Assembly (NCBI GenBank): GCA_964247055.1
Contig: OZ176053.1
Location: forward strand, 11,408,001-11,472,000
DNA: 64,000 bases
Source: Paragordius varius
Taxonomy: Eukaryota > Animalia > Nematomorpha
Reading direction: 5' to 3'
A model generated the notes under the pieces. That model was not told where the DNA came from, ran no database searches, and was given only the letters and a program-made list of their open reading frames with translations. The position numbers and the translations under genes were made by a program. This document shows, piece by piece, positions 57,201-64,000 of this stretch (position 1 is its first letter; the number at the start of each line of letters is the position of its first letter).

Positions 57201-60200
57201 ATGAACCAATTCATAGTATCACCAATCACTCCAACAAAGTAATTTGGAAAACGCTAATTCAAACTCCAACGCGGCCTTTGGGGGTGGAGATGGAGATAAT
57301 TCAAGCAGTCAGCACCAGTTAACATCTGAAATTATGGTTTTAACTGAAGAAATAAGGACATACAAAGAGCTCATGACTTGCCCCTCATGTAAATCTAATC
57401 GTAAAGATGCATTACTCACCAAATGTTACCATGTGTTTTGCTTCAAATGTTTGAAAACGAGGTTTTTTTTATTTATTACCAAAGTTTAAGTGATACACGG
57501 ACTGATAAAATTATGATAATTGGTTTTTAAAATTGGTCATATTAGCATAAACTGAAGAAATTGCATGAGGATTTAATTTAATAAAATTCAAATAATTAAA
57601 GATTATAAAAAATACACGGTCTGGTTCTAAATTTGATGTTGTTACTTTCATACGCATGGAATGAAATATTTAGTAATGTTTCATCTGTGTAATTATTAAA
57701 AACAATTAAATTAGAATCTTAATCTATATAAAAGCTAACTTAGATATGTGTATATATATATAATATATATATAATTTACCATTTTCAAGGTGTCCTTGAA
57801 CATCAGGTTGGTTTTGGTCCTTTAACTTTTTTGTTTCTACTTTTATCAATCAAATCGTGTCATTCATCTATTTTATCATTTTTAACCAAACCTTTAAATC
57901 GATTTCAACTTTTAATCATACAGAAACCGTATACCTTAATTTCTTTCTTTTAAAATATTTTTATAATAATAAGATTTTAGTACGTAAATTAAAAATTTAC
58001 AAGTTTTCTGTGTTATTTATTATATTTTTTTGTTAAAAACATTTATAATGTAATAGTTTTGAAATTGGAAATTAGTTTAAAAAAAGGGTTTAAATAAAAA
58101 AATTTATTTTTAAATGAAATGATATATAAAAAAAATTTATATAAAAAAATAATAAAATAAAAAACACATGCAAAAATTATGGGTAAATCCAAATTTTAAG
58201 GACCAACTTGAAGTGCAAATGATATATAATTTTTTTGGTTCAATAATATTTAGTTTAAAGCCTTAAGCTTTGGTAAAGATTAAAACCAGTAAGCTTAAAG
58301 GTTAACACATGTAACCCATAAGAAGGAAAAGTCAGTCTTGTTATTCTTTTTTTCAGATTTGAGTTGTTTTATCGTCTATTAAACATTTTAAAGAAAATGT
58401 ATTATATTAAGGTTTAAACGCCATATAAGAGAAAAAAAATGAAAAAAACAATGTGCCAAACCGCCGGGCTGTTTACCTGTATTTTGCCTAAATTTTATAT
58501 TAAAAGTAACAACAAGTGTAATGTTCATAACTTGTAAAGATTTCTCAACATTTTTTTTTCATCATGCCGTTTCATCACTCCACACAGCTTGATTAGGCTA
58601 TTTATTATAACATTTTATATTTTGCCGGACCAAAGAGTGTTATACTTGACCTTTTAAACAAATAAACCTTTATTCTTATGATTGTGACACCGGTCCTAGT
58701 AAATCAATATTAAAATTCATTTTTACATTAACCCATTAGATTGGGTAAGATAAATTGGAGAAATCGATAAATATTTCCTAAAACATATAATATGATGATA
58801 AAGATCGGGGGGCTCATTAAAAAATTGGACGGACCTCACCAATATATTATGTTTCTGACCATTCCCGAACAAAAGTAACCATTTTTCGCACTGATTATAT
58901 TATCTTTCCAACGTTACGGTCGTTGATTGCTAAACATAATCATTCGTATCATACGTATATTTCAGTAGGCCTCACAAAATCTATTTTTTAATAATCGAAG
59001 ATCATTTCATCAAATTTCTGGTCAAAGAAATTTTATCTTCCAGGATGTTAATTTAAGTTTTAGTGACTGCTTACAATGGGTTTTCAAAATATTCTGATGA
59101 TAAATATTATATATACAAAAAATACCCTGAATAAATATATATAATCTTTAAAAAAATGTATCAATAACGCTTTTTGTTTTGGGCCTTGCGAGTGATATAA
59201 AAAAGTCTTACGATTATTTTGGCAACAAGGTAAATTAATACTAAAATATATCATTAACCATATATAAAAAGCAAACCAATCTTTTATAAAATTATATATG
59301 TGTACTCCGAGAGCCTATTTTTGTACCCGCTGAAATGGGCAAGTTTTACTAAACGCAAAAAAGCCAATATTGCGCCAAAAAAATTTAATATGTGCTAAAT
59401 TTCAAAAAAGGTTTTTGGTATTTTTCTTTAATATAAAAATTTTTGGTAAATCGAGTTATATCGTATTTAGGAGCATGATGGAAACTTTATAAAAACACTT
59501 TTTCTATATAATTTGATGATGCTGAACTCCTCTATAACCCCAAAATTTTGATTTAAGGATCTGTTCATCTTTTATATTAATTTAAAATTAATATTTTTCA
59601 ATATTCACCCAAATTTAAAAGTAAACGAACCTTTACATTAAAATTTTGAGGTAATAGAGATGTTTAGCATCATCGAATTACATAGAAAATGTTTATGTAA
59701 TAAAAAAACGTTTTTTTTACCGTTTTTATCAGGCCAATAGTATGCGGTACCCATTTTTTTTAAAAATTTTTAGTCAATATCTTAATATAGATTATTTAAA
59801 ATTTTATCGCGTAATCTCTTCATTCTAGCGGTTATCAAAAATGAAAAACTTATTTTTTATAAGCTAAAAAATTTGCTTTGCCCATATTCAAAATTAAAAT
59901 TTCTTTTATATTGTTTTTACGTGTAATATAAGATATATTTTGGTGATATTTGTTGAATTAAAAGCATTTAACTGACAATGTAAAAATTCATTTTCTGATA
60001 TGGCGCATTTTTCACAAAAGTGTAATATTCTTTTATTACTTGTATGGGCCGAAACCAAAAGCACCATGATAATCTTGACACATTTTTCCAGAATGTATCC
60101 ATTTCATCAGGTTATTTTTATACTCCCCGATTTCGGACGCAGGGTTATTTAGGATTCTGTTTAACATTAGGTTTAGGCCAGTATAGACTTATGGCACTTT

Positions 60201-60579
60201 TTTAAATTTGATGCACTAAATACAATCTATCCTTCTTTTAATATTTTTAGGTATAACATGATCATACGAAATTTTCTTTAAGTCTTTATGATATTCCAAA
60301 AATCGACAGTTGTAATAGCAATAGTCGATTTAGGTCTATTTAGTAAGTATCACGTTAGTTTGTACGCGTGTGATGGATATAAACAGTTGCATTAGCTTGG
60401 TTTCTTTAGTTAAATATACCACCTAAGAATTTTTTTACGCTTTTTAAAAAAATTTGGTTTTTAATTTACCCGATTTATTTATTTTAATATATTTCAGATA
60501 CGATACCAGGCGAAGAAAATGTCCAGATTGTGCTGCACCATTTGGTGCCAATGATTTTCATCGATTATTTTTATATTAA
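37499..60579 (+). CDS. Bre1: E3 ubiquitin-protein ligase Bre1 (RNF20/RNF40 family), >20 exons
   Basis: The first exons are 37499-37582, 37604-37785, 37810-37925 and 37950-38034, and the last is 60498-60579. Conserved blocks are [73 protein letters not shown] and [20 protein letters not shown]. The C3HC4 RING reads [43 protein letters not shown]. Confidence 0.96.
37583..37603 (+). other. 21-nt GT-AG micro-intron (Bre1 coding intron 1)
   Basis: The intron is gtatattaattttaaatttag and contains three in-frame stops. Removing it gives DELDFK|VLSFQNRK. Confidence 0.92.
37786..37809 (+). other. 24-nt GT-AG micro-intron (Bre1 coding intron 2)
   Basis: The intron is gtaattttttatatgttataatag. Read-through gives AAG TAA, and removal opens the next 116 nt in frame. 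Confidence 0.85.
37926..37949 (+). other. 24-nt GT-AG micro-intron (Bre1 coding intron 3)
   Basis: The intron is gtatataatttaataattttttag. Read-through gives GGT ATA TAA. Removal keeps the frame to a GTAAGT donor that is phase-compatible with the next exon at 38959. Confidence 0.85.
40253..40538. mobile_element. hAT-type MITE in a Bre1 intron
   Basis: It runs CAGCGGT..CATAAATGGCCTTGTGGGCCGCATTT ... GCGGGTCGCACATAA..AACCACCCCTG and belongs to the same family as 80-371. Confidence 0.65.
41153..44543 (-). mobile_element. Full-length RTE-clade non-LTR retrotransposon (APE + RT, frameshifted), antisense in a Bre1 intron
   Basis: A perfect 14-bp TSD, GGTTTTTGTCAAAT, lies at 41139-41152 and 44544-44557. 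The ORF starts at ATG 44116 with [23 protein letters not shown] and IDY. The RT carries [34 protein letters not shown] and FTYLG. The 3' tail is (ATCAAGT)2. Confidence 0.93.
44474..44543 (-). ncRNA. HDV-like self-cleaving ribozyme at the 5' end of the RTE element
   Basis: Minus-strand fold: P1 GACCAAC/GTTGGTC, P2 TGCT/AGCA, P3 ACC/GGT, L3 TCCCCGC, P1.1 CC/GG, P4 CACC-TTT-GGTG, and J4/2 CGAA with the putative catalytic C at 44482. Confidence 0.8.
45595..45658. repeat. Compound (TA)n/(CA) microsatellite
   Basis: Read directly from the sequence. Shorter (TA)n runs also occur near 12391, 32181, 53546 and 54236. Confidence 0.9.
49609..49718. repeat. 110-nt inverted repeat with 36-bp arms and one mismatch
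   Basis: ATAAAAAATATGGAAATTTATTTAAAACGTGTCATA pairs with TATGACACGTTTTAAATAAATTTGCATATTTTTTAT. Confidence 0.85.
50650..52400 (-). mobile_element. Decayed LINE (RT relic) in a Bre1 intron
   Basis: Broken frames read LCLVDL.KA.DSV.RKL, GVQQ..LSPFL and YLG-like segments. The boundaries are approximate. Confidence 0.55.
54267..54478. mobile_element. Short TACCAT-terminus MITE directly after a (TA)n run
   Basis: Its interior matches 10440-10600 and it ends TTTGAATGTGTAAATGGTGTA. Confidence 0.65.
57777..58224. mobile_element. Deleted copy of the 33193-33811 MITE
   Basis: It runs TACCATTTTCAAGGTGTCCTTGAACA ... AAGGACCAACTTGAAGTGCAAATGATA with a collinear interior. Confidence 0.75.
58600..59080 (-). 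mobile_element. Possible LTR-retrotransposon integrase relic
   Basis: Broken frames give HPGR and [12 protein letters not shown], which resembles PYHPQSNG. The support is weak. Confidence 0.25.
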
Positions 60580-61889
60580 AAGTGAACACATGTTATCCAT
60601 ATGAAGAAAACACATTCATATTTTTATAAAACACGCAGATGATTATTTAATTCTAATAAATATCCCTACATAAGGTACATTTAGCTAACGATTAAATGAT
60701 TACTCTAAAATTATTATCAACATTAAACATTTTAATATTCTGGTGATATAGATTTCAATATATTATATTTTATATAGCCTAATAAACTATTTTTTAAGAT
60801 TAGATTTTAGTTGCACATTTTAAAAATAGGGACTAATATAATTATTTAGAGTTTGTGGTGCATACCGTGTTTGTATTTGCATTGGCAATATACGATATTC
60901 GAATTATTTGTCGTAACCAAAAATGTATATTCATTATGAAATTACTTTGCAATAAGTATCAGCTTAATGAAATGTGACGTATGACAACAAAAAGATTATT
61001 TATGCATTTAAAATTTCCTTTTATACCATCAATTAATCCGTTAATTGGGAGAGATTATCTTGATTTAAAACTGCGTTTTTTAAATTTCACAGCGTTTTAA
61101 TGATTCTAAAATTGATAACAATAATTTTGGATTTTATTTTTTATTTACTACATTTGATATAATTTGTACTTACTGCTTGTTATCAGATTGTGCAAAAAAC
61201 ATGTCAATGATAAGAAATAAAACCATCCGATAAAATTAATTATATTATTATTTTACATTATTTAATTTATAAACATACATATGTAATATATTTACTCGAG
61301 CCGGTATCATTTTAAACATGGGTGGATTTAATATATGGTGTAATGTTTACGTTACTTACAATTAAAAATCAATAACTGCAATCACATATAGGGCAAATTT
61401 TTTATAATAAAATATAAAATTATCCAATTTACATTAATTATATATGGGGCACTTACAATATATAATACATAAAAAATGTTTTCGATTGTATTTATCATTT
61501 GATCATTAGGGTCAATCTGCTAGTTGGTAAATATATTCTTAATAATTTTACTAATAAGTGTTAAACAAATATATAAATGAATGATATTAAACTTTTAAAA
61601 AAAAACTGTAAAAAAATAATTTTTACAACATTAAATAATAAAATTCTTTTGCTGTTAAATATTTACGTACCATTGGCGGCGGTATCTATGAAACATTGTG
61701 TTAAAGTTGAAAAAAATTACAATACATACAAAGCAACCAACTATCCAAACATTAAATAGGATAATATTTTGTTGCTTATGTAAAAGGCTAAATTTTTGCT
61801 TAAAGCTTTTTGCAAAAAAGTATTTGCAAATTGATTTTGATTTTTTGGTGAAAATGTGAGGGCATATTTTTGGTAAATAACCATTATTT

Positions 61890-62470
61890 GTTCTAAATTA
61901 GTTTAGTACGTTCGTTTTTTAAAAATTTTGCGGTTATAGAATGTAGAGAATTTTTTATTTTGTTAGGCTGGCTAGACGTTAAATATTGGCGTATGTACAC
62001 ACTCATATATTTCCTCATTATATGTATGATGTTCTTTTCAAGCCTAAAGTTTTTATCTTGATCCCATATGGATAATGTATTAATGGCTCTTTTCTTATTT
62101 GAATTTATTACAAATCCATTCAATATACCATGTTTCGTAATGCATTGTTTTGATCCCGAACGAACAGAGCATACCAAAAACTCGGAACCAGAACCGAATT
62201 ATATTAATAAATGACCTGTGCGGTTTTTGATATCACAATAAGATTGAGTTAATTTCTTTTCAAATCTCGATACTACTTTGAATATATCCTACATCAAGTA
62301 ATGGTCGTCTAAATTTTAGAATTTTTATCCATGAATCTATTTATTATACAAATCTTAATCATTATTAGTTATTTATTCATATCAATTTGTTCTTCATTTT
62401 ATCTAACAATATTAAATAAATTGCATGAGGGAATTTGTGTCTTTGAACCCCCAATCCTTTAGCTAATAAC
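61890..62470 (-). mobile_element. Decayed Penelope-like element, RT C-terminal part
   Basis: Across frames it reads PLLDV..YQKP, KNRTGHLL..F.S and KHGILNG..KRAINTLS..FRLEKNII. This resembles the PLE signature LPFLDV..YRKPT..K.G.I..RA..I.S..F..E..I. Confidence 0.45.
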
Positions 62471-64000
62471 GAGAAAAAAATAGCATATTTTATAAACTAC
62501 GCTAACTCAATTGTGAACAATCATAAAATATTTATGGAGCGTATATATATATATATTTACAAATTGTATGAATATATTGATTTATTACAGATCATTAAAT
62601 TGCAGCCAGGGATGCATATATATACTATATGCAATATTCAGCACATTAAAAAATGGTATATAAAATATTTTTTTAACAATATTAGGTATGTTAAATCAAT
62701 TACCGCTAAATGTTATTTTATCCATGGTTAAAACTTTAGCCATAAAAATAAGATATATATTTTGCTAGTTCATAAATGTTTGCATATAATGTTGTTACTT
62801 TTGTTGATATGAATGAATCATTTTAAACAAAATTTAATTGAACATTTTTATAAAACGTTTTTAGCACTAGTCATTTATGATTTATGCAAAATTATTTATA
62901 CATTACATTATCATATGGAAGAATGAATATCTTGACCTCATTTTCCATTTTTTTTTAATTTTTCGTATCTTTGCATGTTTGGAGGGAAATGATTTTTGCC
63001 TTTTTCCTATATGTAGGTAGAGGAATATTACAAGTGTTAAAATATTCAAAGGATTATGCCGCACTAATTACTTTGGAAATTTTTATCTAAACATAATTAT
63101 TATTGGGAAGCGAATCTTATATTCTACAGTATATTCACTAAATATTCGGCTGTATTTAAAGAAAAGCTAGCGTTAATAGTTCTAGACTATCATACGCTTT
63201 GGATTTTACAGTATGCAGTTTAATGGTTGCTTATTTCGCTCTATAATTGGACAAGTTGCAACGCAGTATTGTATGGTTTGTTCAACATTTTGTCGTTTTT
63301 TTCATTACACTATTGTGTTTTGCCCAAATATATAGCGAAATAAGCGATCATTAAAATGCATACGAGAAGTCCTTAATTTTATATGACTGTTAGTACCCAC
63401 CCAAAGTTAAGCCAAATCATTTATTTTCTAAAATTTGTAGGAAATAAATTTTATTTAATAAAATATTTTTGAAACAAAAAAGTTAAAATCTACTGAAAAA
63501 GCTTGATGCGAATATCTATGTAGTTCACCTCTAATTGGGATTATTACAGGTGGGGAGGGGTATAAAAAGATTTTTCCTTTTTGGTACTTAAATAAATTAT
63601 AAAAAGACCTAAACATTCAATAATAGCATAAAAAAGTTGCAATAAAATGCCTTAATTATGATTAACTCTTTTTAGAACCAAAAAAAAGTTTTTAAATTTG
63701 TAATATAAGGCAATACAATGACCCCCTTCCACTTCTTATTTACCATTCCACAACTTTTTGGAAAGGTACGGTTTGAAATTTAAAAATAGCATCTTTTCTA
63801 AATATTTAAGCTAAAGGCTCTTGGTATTTATTAAAAGTTGAGTATTTATATACATTTATGTAATTGAAATTTAAAATACTTGCTAACTTTATTGGCAAAA
63901 TTATCCGAAGTATTTAAACTAAACTCTCAATTTTTTCTTAATGCCTGCTAGGATTTATTTAAACGAATATTCAGTAAAAAAATAAAACGTATGATTTCTC

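Noticed and set aside
5604-62470. Stop-codon reassignment suggested by TAA/TAG-interrupted frames at 5.6-6.0 kb and 61.9-62.3 kb
   Set aside because: DERL2, RPE, the GPCR and Bre1 all terminate at TAA. The interrupted frames are better explained as decayed Penelope-like elements, and the stops in Bre1 lie inside GT-AG micro-introns.

Overview
This is very AT-rich, intron-containing eukaryotic (animal-like) nuclear DNA. I could not establish the taxon from the sequence alone. Six spliced protein genes were reconstructed by hand: a two-lobed transferrin (-, runs off the left edge), Derlin-2 (+), ribulose-phosphate 3-epimerase (-), a GT92/DUF23 glycosyltransferase (-), a divergent rhodopsin-class GPCR (-) and the H2B ubiquitin ligase Bre1 (+, ~23 kb). 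A tRNA-Asn(GTT) sits head-to-head with Bre1. Introns and intergenic DNA hold several MITE families, a decayed Mos1-like mariner, Penelope and LINE relics, and a full-length RTE-clade LINE with a perfect 14-bp target-site duplication. Two observations stand out. (1) Four ultra-short GT-AG introns of 21, 23, 24 and 24 nt must be removed to restore conserved reading frames. All are the 5'-most coding introns of their genes, while most other introns are hundreds to thousands of nt. (2) An HDV-like ribozyme fold has its predicted cleavage site exactly at the TSD-defined 5' end of the RTE element. All alignments to known proteins are from memory and need database confirmation.
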